From Thermoproteota archaeon (lineage in GTDB: Archaea; Korarchaeota; JAOZGF01; JAOZFZ01), in the NCBI GenBank assembly GCA_027492035.1, contig JAOZFT010000004.1:544001-608000 (forward strand): 64,000 nt of DNA, given 5' to 3'. The notes beneath the pieces were generated by a model. That model saw nothing but the letters and a program-made list of their open reading frames with translations, searched no databases and was not told where the DNA came from. The translations under genes were made by a program, and so were the position numbers. Shown here one piece after another: positions 10,561 to 20,045 of this stretch (the first letter of the stretch is position 1; each line of letters opens with the position of its first letter).

Positions 10561-11596
10561 GTTGGAACGTATCATTGGAAGTTACATTGCCTGAACCATC
10601 TGAGTCAAGCCAATGAATCACCACAGTTTTCAAGCCTTGTAATGAGTACTTATAATTAATTAAATATAAAGCTGCGGCTGCTGTTCCATAACGTGTACAC
10701 CCCTCTAAAAGCCAAGAAGTAAAGTTTCCTGTATCATCCACAGCTAAAACACTGTAATCTTCCTTTCCAAATAAATTTAAGCTGTAATGAAAAATAACAG
10801 AACCAACTTGTAAAACAATTTCATTCCCTATTTTCTCAAACAAAATATTAAGGTGTTGGTTAAAGGAGGAAGTGCATCTGTTCCTTAACGGCCCGCCAAT
10901 TACAAAGTAATCTTTGCCAGGGTGAGGAGCAAAGTTTCGGTCTAAACACCCAGTTTCCAGTTTGAAATTATCCATTAAAACTTTTATGGTTTCAGAGTCA
11001 TAAATAGTTCCTTTTTCTCCGAAAACAAAACCAAACTCCCTAATTTCTGATACCTCGCTTAAATGTTTTTCAACAGGTTTAGTAGGTGGTGGAGGCGGTG
11101 ATGAAGGTAGTGTTTCGACCCTGAAACTGAAATCGTCAAAGTTATCTATTGGATTAATTTCTTTTACATGTGGTGGCAGAGAAACTGAAACAGTTAATTC
11201 ATAATGGCCCTCCTCTTCAGGAACCCAGTCAAAATAAACAAGCTGGGTTTCATTAGGGTAAAGAGTTAAAACTCTCCTTTCCTCACGTATTCCATATGGT
11301 TCAGTGTAGGATGTAATATAAAAGTTTAAAACAAAACCCGAAGCTATGTTCAAACCCCAATTGCTTACCTCAACCACAGCTTCAAAAACCTCATTTACAA
11401 AAATTTTTTCGGGGGCATTCAGTATTTTAACGAAAATATCAACTTGATTAACGTTATTTAGATAAGTTGGGTTTAAAGGAACTTTGGTTTCAGAAAAAAA
11501 TTTCTTGTTGAGGCTTGAAACACTCAAAACCTGTGAATTAAAACTTAAAAGCAGAAAAAGCAACATGAAAACTGAAAAATTTTTTTCCGTATTCAT
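10544..11596 (-). CDS. secreted surface protein: CARDB/Ig-like domain, Pro linker, S-layer C-terminal-like domain
   Basis: Signal peptide; VEVSNWG...EINPIDN (CARDB-like); PPPPP linker; VIGGPLRN...GCTRYGTAAAA, resembling archaeal S-layer C domains. Confidence 0.65.
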   Translation of the reverse strand: MNTEKNFSVFMLLFLLLSFNSQVLSVSSLNKKFFSETKVPLNPTYLNNVNQVDIFVKILNAPEKIFVNEVFEAVVEVSNWGLNIASGFVLNFYITSYTEPYGIREERRVLTLYPNETQLVYFDWVPEEEGHYELTVSVSLPPHVKEINPIDNFDDFSFRVETLPSSPPPPPTKPVEKHLSEVSEIREFGFVFGEKGTIYDSETIKVLMDNFKLETGCLDRNFAPHPGKDYFVIGGPLRNRCTSSFNQHLNILFEKIGNEIVLQVGSVIFHYSLNLFGKEDYSVLAVDDTGNFTSWLLEGCTRYGTAAAALYLINYKYSLQGLKTVVIHWLDSDGSGNVTSNDTFQLIFYS

Positions 11597-11702
11597 TTAA
11601 ACACCTTCTTGTCTCTCTCGCTTTTCCTCTTTTAAAAATCTTTTCCATTCTCTTTTTAACTTTTAAACATTTACTCAAAAAAACTGGAATTTCTTGTTTC
11701 AC

Positions 11703-12830
11703 TCATAAAATTTCCTTTAACTTTTCAATCATGAACCTGTTTTCTTCTTTTTTCCCAACTGTAACCCTGAAAAACTTGCCTTTTAACCCTGGTTTGTTCG
11801 TGTAGTCTCTTAAAATAATTCCTTCATTAATTAATTCATCCACTAGGGAGGAAGCAGAAACTTTTCTTCTCTCTACTTCCACCAATATAAAATTTGTTTT
11901 TGAAGGATAGGGTTTAAACCCTTCTATTTCTTTGAATTCATTAAAAAGCCACTTTCTTTCATTCACTGTTTTCCTAACAACTTCCCTCATGTAACTTAAG
12001 TCATTTAAAGCTGCACAAGCAGCCTTTAAAGCTAAAACATGAACATGGAAATTCACTTCTCCATGCCAAAGATAATTTACGAGTTCCTCTGAAGCAACAC
12101 CGTAACCTATCCTTAAACCAGCCAACCCGAAAGCTTTAGAGAAAGTTCTTAAAACTATCAAATTAGTATAGTTGCGGATAAGATCTACACAACTCTTTCC
12201 GCAGTATTCGAAGTATGCTTCATCTACTACAACAACTACATTTTCCTCTAGTAATTCCTCGATTACTTTTTTACTGGGGCAGTTTCCTACAGGGTTGTTA
12301 GGGTTCCCTACAAAAACAACTTTGGTTTTTTCAGTTATTGCAGGAATTATTTTTTCAATGTTCCACTCAAACCTAGGCTTAACTCTTTTAACTTCTTTGA
12401 TAACTCCCCCATTTAAAGCAACTCTTTTAACGTAGTTTTCGTAAGTTGGAGGAGTAACTAAAGCTTCATCACCTAAATTAAGGAAGCTTTTACAAATGTT
12501 ATCAATTAGTTCTAGGGAGCCATTTCCTAAAACTATGTTTTCAGTGTTTGTTGAAGTATATTCAGCAAGTTTGTTTTTCAGTTCAAAACATGTAGGGTCA
12601 GGGTACCTGTTCAACAGGTTTAAATTATTAATTATTGCTTCCTTAACTTTAGGTGAAGGACCGTAAGGATTTTCGTTAGCCATAAGTCTAACAGCTTCTT
12701 CACTTCCCCAAAAAGCACTAACCAACCTTAAACCATATTTTTGAATCACATCCGCCAAGTAAGGTTCTACCTTCAAAATATGCCCTTTAAATAATTTATT
12801 TATACTGCCTGAATCCCTTCTTGTGTACAT
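11703..12830 (-). CDS. hisC: histidinol-phosphate aminotransferase (class I/II PLP)
   Basis: NENPYGPSP, RYPD, NPNNP, DEAY, RTFSKAFGLAGLRIGY. ATG 12830 preferred. Confidence 0.85.
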   Translation of the reverse strand: MYTRRDSGSINKLFKGHILKVEPYLADVIQKYGLRLVSAFWGSEEAVRLMANENPYGPSPKVKEAIINNLNLLNRYPDPTCFELKNKLAEYTSTNTENIVLGNGSLELIDNICKSFLNLGDEALVTPPTYENYVKRVALNGGVIKEVKRVKPRFEWNIEKIIPAITEKTKVVFVGNPNNPVGNCPSKKVIEELLEENVVVVVDEAYFEYCGKSCVDLIRNYTNLIVLRTFSKAFGLAGLRIGYGVASEELVNYLWHGEVNFHVHVLALKAACAALNDLSYMREVVRKTVNERKWLFNEFKEIEGFKPYPSKTNFILVEVERRKVSASSLVDELINEGIILRDYTNKPGLKGKFFRVTVGKKEENRFMIEKLKEIL

Positions 12831-13189
12831 TCCTTTCCCCCTTCCAAACAAGGCTTTAAAACGGATCCAAACCTTTCTTCATTTTTTCACTTTGCTTCTA
12901 AACCTTTACTTTCCTACTCAGCCATAAACTTCAACTCTGAATCCCATTACTGGTTTTTAGAATTTAAAAACTGCCATGGTTCGTAAAGGTTTAGAAAGTT
13001 TTGTGGAAGTTATGAATTTTCCCAAGAAAAAGAAGTAAATTATTGAGACCTTAAGCATCCTGTGTAATCAAGCAAATACAATGGTTCCCGTGCTTTTTGT
13101 TGAGTAGAAACTCAGTAAACTTAAGTTAATGAATCATGAACATAAGGCACTAAATCATTTCTTGAAAAATTCAGAAAAAAGGGAAGGAT

Positions 13190-13719
13190 TCAAGTATTTA
13201 CAGTAACGGATAAAACATTATTTGTTGGATCGCTTTCGAAAATTCCTGACCCGAAAACAACGACTTTTATGAGCCACGAACACTAGGTAAGTTAAGGGGG
13301 AAGTTGAAGGTGCACTCTTATAAACTAACCTATTCTTCCTTAAAGTTTCATTTAAATGCCAATTTCTTGTGTCAATTACGTAAACAAAAACCATAACACT
13401 CCCTACACCTGACCTTCCATTTAAATAACGATAACCAATATCTCACAGCTAATGCCCCGTTTTCAAAATGGACAGATGAAACATAAACATCGAAGTCGGG
13501 TGAAGGGTCAGGAGGGTCGGGTTTAGGAAGCTTTATTGGTTTTGGCATTGATTTTATCGGTAACTTTATTGGTTTTATTGGTACAATGATTGGGTTAGGT
13601 ACAATTGGCAGTTTTGGCAGTTTTTGTGTAATTCGTGGAGTTTTTTGTGCAAAAGACGCAACTATAAATTGTGAAACCATGAAGCGAAGTATTAGCAGGA
13701 GAAATAACATCGTCCTCAA
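13190..13719 (-). pseudogene. frameshifted secreted Pro-rich/CARDB protein
   Basis: Signal peptide, P/K/I-rich linker, then PDFDVYVSSV (CARDB start). Continues in other frames: IGYRYLNG..VFVYV, then WLIKVVVFGSGIFESDPTNNVLSVTVNT* (CARDB end, TGA at 13190-13192). Confidence 0.6.
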
Positions 13720-13875
13720 TCAGTAACCTCAGTAAACCTTATTAAAAGCCAGGGAAAAGTTTTTATGTGGAAAGGAAAAATTTTTACTTTCCTTTTTTTC
13801 CTCTTGGGAAAGTGCAGAAATTTTAAATCTGTAACCTATATTTTTAATTTATTTCACAAAAAAGGGTGTTTTTCT

Positions 13876-15402
13876 GTGACTAGTTATTTTTTGGGGCATG
13901 ATATAGGTACCGGGGAGCATAAAGCAGTAATTATGGATTGTGAAGGGAACATATTAGCTGTTTCAACAAGGAAATATGTGACTTACTACCCTAAACTTGG
14001 TTGGGCTGAACAGAAACCAGAAGATTGGTGGAAAACAATAATTGGAACCACAAGGGAACTGTTGAAGGAATCAAAAATTAACCCCTCCCAAATTAAGAGT
14101 TTAAGTTTCAGTACACACATGGTTGGGGTTTTACCTGTGGATAAAAACATTAAGCCTCTTCGTCATGCTATTATTTGGCTTGATTCAAGGGCTGAAGAGG
14201 AAGCTGATGAAATACTTGGCAAATTTGGTGTTGAAAACTTACTTAACTTGGTTGGAGGCTTACCTGGAGGAAAAGATGCGGTGTCAAAGATCTTGTGGCT
14301 GAAGAAAAATGAACCTGAAACCTACAGGAAAACCTACAAAATTTTGGATGTTAAAGACTACCTAATTTACCTTTTAACTGGGAAGATAGTTACAGACTAC
14401 TCATGCGCCTCTGTACGTGGAACTTTCAACATGGGGAAGAGAGTTTGGAGTGAAGAAATAGCTGAAGCAATAGGTGTACCTGTTTCTAAATATCCTGAAA
14501 TAAAAGAGTCAACAGAGACCGTAGGGACTTTAACACGTGAAGCAGCTGAAAAACTGGGCTTGAAAGAAGGTACCGTAGTGGTTAATGGAACAGGAGATGT
14601 TACAGCTGCCTGTGTAGGTTCAGGGGCTGTTGAACGAAACCGGTCGCACCTCTACCTTGGCTCATCTGGGTGGGTGGGAGTAATTTTAGGCAATAGATTA
14701 ATGTATGCAGACAGAGGGATGGGAACGATTTGTTCAGCTGATCCTGAAAACTGGTTACTGGTTGCTGAAACAGAAAGTGCAGGGGCGTGTCTAAAATGGT
14801 TTATTGAACAGTTTGGGTTAGAGGAAAGAGTTGAGGCTGAGAAAAGGGGCGTAAGTGTTTACAAAGTTTTTGATGAAAAGGCAGCTAAAACAATGCCAGG
14901 TTCAGGGAAAGTAATTTTTCTACCTTGGCTTTACGGTGAAAGGTCCCCTATCCCTGACATTTATGCAAGAGGGGGGTTTTTGAACATAAGTTTAAGCAAT
15001 AGAAAAGAGGAGTTGATGCGTTCCATACTTGAAGGGGTTGCTTTCAACTTTAAATGGATAATTGAAGGGTTAAGTGAAGTAAACATTGAACCTAAGGAAT
15101 TAAACGCGGTAGGTGGGGGGGCGTTAAGTGACTTATGGCTTCAAATAATTGCAGATGTTACAGGTAAGGAAATAAAGAAAATGGTTGACCCGCAGCAAGC
15201 AAGTTCAAGAGGGGCGGCTTTAATAGCAGCTATGGGTATAAATGCCATTAAGGGATTCAATGAAGTTGCGAAAATAGTGAAAACAGAAAAGATTTTCAAA
15301 CCAAGGGAGGAGTACATAGAAACTTATGAAAACCTTTATGAAAACTTTAAAGAATCTTATGAAGGATTAAGTGAAATATTTACGGCATTGAATTCTGAAT
15401 AA
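13876..15402 (+). CDS. xylB: FGGY family carbohydrate kinase (xylulokinase-like)
   Basis: LGHDIGT, WAEQKPEDWW, IIWLDSRA, GTGD, FLPWLYGERSP, GGGA.S.LW.QI.ADV. GTG 13876 is the likely start. Confidence 0.85.
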   Translation: MTSYFLGHDIGTGEHKAVIMDCEGNILAVSTRKYVTYYPKLGWAEQKPEDWWKTIIGTTRELLKESKINPSQIKSLSFSTHMVGVLPVDKNIKPLRHAIIWLDSRAEEEADEILGKFGVENLLNLVGGLPGGKDAVSKILWLKKNEPETYRKTYKILDVKDYLIYLLTGKIVTDYSCASVRGTFNMGKRVWSEEIAEAIGVPVSKYPEIKESTETVGTLTREAAEKLGLKEGTVVVNGTGDVTAACVGSGAVERNRSHLYLGSSGWVGVILGNRLMYADRGMGTICSADPENWLLVAETESAGACLKWFIEQFGLEERVEAEKRGVSVYKVFDEKAAKTMPGSGKVIFLPWLYGERSPIPDIYARGGFLNISLSNRKEELMRSILEGVAFNFKWIIEGLSEVNIEPKELNAVGGGALSDLWLQIIADVTGKEIKKMVDPQQASSRGAALIAAMGINAIKGFNEVAKIVKTEKIFKPREEYIETYENLYENFKESYEGLSEIFTALNSE

Positions 15403-15665
15403 TTAGCTTCCTCCTTCCCTTTTTATCTTGGGCAGCAAGAGTGAAAAACATGTTTTGATAAATGGATCTTGGGAAATGTGGGGGCATTTACTTTTGGAAG
15501 TTCAGAAAAACGATAAATCAGTTTTTAACAAAGAAGGAAGAATATGTTAGCTTTGTCAAGGTTAAAATTTTTAACAGTTTTCTCATTCCTTCAACAACAA
15601 GCTCTTCCCTAAAGAAGGAAAGTGAAGATTTTAAATTAATTGTTTAGTGGGAAGAAGAATCCTTC

Positions 15666-18326
15666 CTATGTTTGCTGTAGTTCTCCATATTTATATTTCA
15701 TTTCAGCATGGGCAGCTGCTAACCTAGCTACAGGTATCCGGTAAGGGGATGCACTAACATAATTTAACCCTAGCCTGTGGCAGAACTCTATAGATTTAGG
15801 GTCTCCTCCATGTTCTCCACAAATCCCTATTTCCAGTTTCTTGTTTGCTTTCCTCCCTTTCGTTACAGCTATTCTCATTACTTCACCGACCCCTTTCTCG
15901 TCAAGGGTTTGAAACGGGTTATGTGGCAGAATTCCCTTCTCTAAATAAATGTTCAGGAATCTCCTTTCAGCGTCATCCCTGCTCATGCCCATCACTGTTT
16001 GTGTTAAATCGTTTGTTCCAAAAGAAAAGAAATCTGTTACTTTAGCTATTTCATCAGCCGTTATTGCTGCTCTAGGCATCTCAATCATTGTTCCGTAGGT
16101 GTAATCAACCTCTACCCCCTCTCTCTTAAAAGTTTCCTCAGCTACTCTCTCAACCAGTTTCTTTAGTTCAACTAATTCGTTCTTGTGGATTGTTCCAGGA
16201 ATCATTATGGCAGGTCTAGGGTCTAAACCTTCTTTTTTAAGTTCAGTAGCTGCTTCAAGTATAGCTCTTACTTGTGTCTCATAAATTTCAGGATAAACAA
16301 TTCCCAACCTGCAAACTCTGAAACCCAACATTGGATTAAACTCATACAGGTCCTGAACTTTCTGTAAAAGTTTTCTTTTCTCTTCGAACTTTTTTCCCTT
16401 CCTTCCTTCAGCTTCCATTTTTGTTATTTCAACTAGAAGCTCAGTTAATTCCGGGAGAAATTCATGTAAAGGAGGGTCTAGGAGCCTAATTATTGTCTTC
16501 TTTCCATTAGTTATTCTGAGTATTTCTTTGAAATCTTCCTTCTGTCTAGGTAAAAGCTCGTTCATTAAAACTTTTCTTCTTTTGCTTTCGTTATCTGCAA
16601 GGATTGTTCTTTGGAATATGGGAAGTCTGTCAGCCAAAAACATATGTTCAGTTCTAGCTAAGCCTATTCCTTCAGCTCCTAACTCAACAGCTTTAGCTAT
16701 GTCTTTTGGTAAATCAGCATTAGCATACACTCCTAAAACCCTGATTTCGTCGGCCCATTTAAGGATAATGCCAAGTTCACCTGTTGTTTTAGGTTCAACT
16801 AAAGGAAGCCTACCCAGCATAACTTCCCCTGTTGAACCGTCTAGTGTTAACCAGTCCCCCTTTTTCACAATTAAGCCTCCTACTTGGAAAAGGTTTTGCT
16901 CCGTGTCTATTTTTATTTCTCCGCAACCTACTATACAGGGTTTACCCATTCCTCTAGCTACGACTGCAGCATGACTTGTCATTCCTCCTCTGGCTGTAAG
17001 AACTCCTTGAGCAGCAGCCATACCTCCAACATCTTCAGGAGCTGTTTCAGGTCTTACAAGTATCACAGGCATTTCCTTTCCAAGTTCTTCTGCTTCATCG
17101 GAATCAAAAATCACCTTGCCCACAGCTGCACCTGGAGAAGCGGCTAACCCTTTAGCTATAACTTTTCTTTCAGCTTTTGGGTCTATTTGTTTATGTAAAA
17201 GTTTTTCTATGTCTTCAGGCTTAATTCTAGCTACTGCCTCCTCTTTAGTTATTAGTCCCTCATTAACCATATCTACAGCTATTTTAACAGCTGCCTGGGC
17301 TGTTCTTTTACCTGTCCTGGTCTGCAAAACCCATAATTTCCCGTTTTCAACTGTGAACTCAATATCCTGCATGTCTCTGAAGTGGTTCTCCAATTTTTTA
17401 CATGTTTCAATTACTTCTCTGTACAGTTTAGGCTGTTCCTTTTTCAAGTCCTCTAACTGCAAAGGTGTTCTGATGCCTGCTACCACATCTTCACCTTGAG
17501 CATTAGGCAAGTATTCCCCATAAACTCTGTTTTCTCCTGTTGCAGGATTCCTTGTAAAGGCGACTCCTGTGCCTGAATTCCAACCAATATTCCCAAAAAC
17601 CATTGTAACTATGTTGACAGCTGTACCTAAGTCGTCAGGTATGCCATGTATCCTCCTATACTTTATAGCTCTTTTCCCATTCCAAGACTTGAAAACTGCT
17701 TCAACAGACATCCTTATTTGCTTATAAGGGTTTTGAGGAAATTCAGCACCTGCCTTCTCCTTGATAAGCTGCTTATATTCTTTAATTAATTCTTTTAATG
17801 CTTCAACAGGAAGCTCTGCATCCGTCTTCACTTTGTACTTTTCCTTCTTTTCCTCCAGCAACTTTTCAAATTCCCCTCTCGGCACACCCATTACTATACT
17901 TCCGAACATGGAGAGGAGTCTTCTGTAACTGTCCAAGGCGAATCTTTCATTGGAAAGCTGAGCTAGCCCCTTAACGGTTTCATCATTTAAACCAACATTT
18001 AAGACAGTATCCATCATTCCCGGCATGGAAATTTTAGCTCCCGACCTTACTGAAACCAGCAAAGGGTTGTTTTTGTCCCCAAACCTTTTTCCTGTCTTCT
18101 TTTCCAATTTCCTTATGTGTTCAATTATTACCTGCCAGATTTTGTCAATGAAAGCAGGCCCCTCCCTCATATATCTTACACAAGCTTTAGTAGTTATTGT
18201 GAAGCCTGGAGGAATGGGTAACCCTATCCTCGTCATTTCAGCTAACCCTGCCCCCTTTCCTCCCAATAAATCCTTTAATTTAATGTTTCCCTCTTCAAAA
18301 TCGTAAATGTACTTTCCATCAGTCAT
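15666..18326 (-). CDS. ppdK: pyruvate, phosphate dikinase
   Basis: LLGGKGAGL, VSVRSGA..SMPGMMDT, GGMTSHAAVVAR, FSFGTNDLTQ, GICGEHGGDP. Confidence 0.98.
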   Translation of the reverse strand: MTDGKYIYDFEEGNIKLKDLLGGKGAGLAEMTRIGLPIPPGFTITTKACVRYMREGPAFIDKIWQVIIEHIRKLEKKTGKRFGDKNNPLLVSVRSGAKISMPGMMDTVLNVGLNDETVKGLAQLSNERFALDSYRRLLSMFGSIVMGVPRGEFEKLLEEKKEKYKVKTDAELPVEALKELIKEYKQLIKEKAGAEFPQNPYKQIRMSVEAVFKSWNGKRAIKYRRIHGIPDDLGTAVNIVTMVFGNIGWNSGTGVAFTRNPATGENRVYGEYLPNAQGEDVVAGIRTPLQLEDLKKEQPKLYREVIETCKKLENHFRDMQDIEFTVENGKLWVLQTRTGKRTAQAAVKIAVDMVNEGLITKEEAVARIKPEDIEKLLHKQIDPKAERKVIAKGLAASPGAAVGKVIFDSDEAEELGKEMPVILVRPETAPEDVGGMAAAQGVLTARGGMTSHAAVVARGMGKPCIVGCGEIKIDTEQNLFQVGGLIVKKGDWLTLDGSTGEVMLGRLPLVEPKTTGELGIILKWADEIRVLGVYANADLPKDIAKAVELGAEGIGLARTEHMFLADRLPIFQRTILADNESKRRKVLMNELLPRQKEDFKEILRITNGKKTIIRLLDPPLHEFLPELTELLVEITKMEAEGRKGKKFEEKRKLLQKVQDLYEFNPMLGFRVCRLGIVYPEIYETQVRAILEAATELKKEGLDPRPAIMIPGTIHKNELVELKKLVERVAEETFKREGVEVDYTYGTMIEMPRAAITADEIAKVTDFFSFGTNDLTQTVMGMSRDDAERRFLNIYLEKGILPHNPFQTLDEKGVGEVMRIAVTKGRKANKKLEIGICGEHGGDPKSIEFCHRLGLNYVSASPYRIPVARLAAAHAEMKYKYGELQQT

Positions 18327-18754
18327 AGAAACCCCTTTACCCTTTTTCTAAAAAACTTTTCTTTAAATTTTTAAGTGAGATATGGATTCTCCATATAGAG
18401 TTAATCTCTTTTTAAACAATTCCCTACACTTTTCTGAAAAACAATTTCTTCCCTAATCCCCCACCAGTTAAAACTTCTAATCTAAAGGATTTTAAACTAA
18501 ACCCCTTTCATTTCTAAATTTAATAAATCCATTCTAGCCCCATCCTAAAGCCTTTTTTAAACCTGCACAGTTTCCCCTGTAACCCTTTGTTTTTCTAGGA
18601 ATCTTTGATTTTTAATGAAAGATTTTTAATAAAAATATTAAAAAATAATTTTTTTTAAAAAAGGAACAGGAGTAAATTTATATTTTCATTTCCCTAAATA
18701 AATTAAATAAGTAAAATTCTTTTGAAGAATTCCTCAAGTTTTGTAACTTAATTT

Positions 18755-19840
18755 TTGTTGGTGAGAAATGAGGTGTGGATTCCTCGAGAAATTATTGAGC
18801 GAACATGGATACAGAAAATAGCTGCATCAGCTGTACTCTCCAAATTTTACAATGTCCTAGGTGAAGAAAAGTTTTCAGCTGTCCTTTATGTTACAGGCAG
18901 AGACTGGGGACTTAAACTTTTTAAAGAAAACTTTTTGTCCCCAAACAATTTATCTGAATGGAAAATCCCAATCCCCACCAACGGTTACGAAATAATGAAT
19001 CTCGTCGCTGCCTTTTTACGTAGTACATTCCCAAAGGCTGAAATCTCAATTGAAACAATTGACACACGGAAAATATCTATAATTATTGGAAAAAGTCCTC
19101 TAAGACCCCTTTTAAGAACCCCCCATGCAATCTGTTACCACGTCGCAGGCTTACTTGAATTTATCTTCTCCCAAATACTGGCGAAAACCGGTGTGAAGGC
19201 AAATGTTAAGGTAGATCTAGAATACGTAGCCGCGGAAGGTGGAGAGCCTAAAGCTACCAAATTTATAGTGGAGATTGAAAACCCCTCTAAAGAAATATCT
19301 CTTGAAACTAAGCCTCCTCATGCTGCACGTTCCCCTTTCGCTACTTCTTACAAATTAAAAAAAATTATGTTGTTCGATGAAGCAGTTTTTCTCCTTAATT
19401 CCTTCCTTGAGAAAACAAAAAACATATTGGGTGAAGAGAAATCTTATGAACTCCTTTACTTAGCAGGCCGTTCAGAAGGTAAAAGAACCTTTAAAATTTT
19501 CAGTGAAAAATATGACAGGGAAAAAATTAAACCTTTTGATAACTGGAGGAACGCAGATGAGTTTTTAGAGTCTTTGCTAAGGTACAGATTCGCACCTAAC
19601 TCAATTCCTGCCTCTTACAGAGTTAATGATAAAACTTTTGTTTTAAAACTTCTTATGAACCCCTTCACTCAAGGTGTTAAAACGAAGAAACCTTTTTGCG
19701 GCTTCTTGAAGGGAGCTTTAGAGTCGATGGTTAGCTTAACAGTTGCAAAATATGGCATAGGTAAAGGGGTGTCAGTAGAAGAGATAAAATGTAAAGCCTC
19801 CGGAGACGACCATTGTGAGTTTCAAGTTACGCTTTTGTAA
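18755..19840 (+). CDS. tandem V4R (4-vinyl reductase/Bet3-like fold) domain protein
   Basis: Two repeats of the pattern LGEEK...LY..GR..G. C-terminal CGFLKGALE...EEIKCKASGDDHCEF is a canonical V4R end. Confidence 0.75.
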   Translation: MLVRNEVWIPREIIERTWIQKIAASAVLSKFYNVLGEEKFSAVLYVTGRDWGLKLFKENFLSPNNLSEWKIPIPTNGYEIMNLVAAFLRSTFPKAEISIETIDTRKISIIIGKSPLRPLLRTPHAICYHVAGLLEFIFSQILAKTGVKANVKVDLEYVAAEGGEPKATKFIVEIENPSKEISLETKPPHAARSPFATSYKLKKIMLFDEAVFLLNSFLEKTKNILGEEKSYELLYLAGRSEGKRTFKIFSEKYDREKIKPFDNWRNADEFLESLLRYRFAPNSIPASYRVNDKTFVLKLLMNPFTQGVKTKKPFCGFLKGALESMVSLTVAKYGIGKGVSVEEIKCKASGDDHCEFQVTLL

Positions 19841-20045
19841 ATTTTGTAAATTGTGTCTTGTAGTGTTAGGAAAACACTTAAAGGAAACCTCCTAGAAAAC
19901 TTTTTATGTAAGGAAAAAAATGGAACTTTTAAATACACTGAAATCAAATATAACAAAAGTAAGTACTTATAGTAATTAATTACTTCTCGGAGAGAAATCT
20001 TTTTTAAAAGAAAAACCCTTTTTTATAAGTTTTAAAGGGGTAAGA

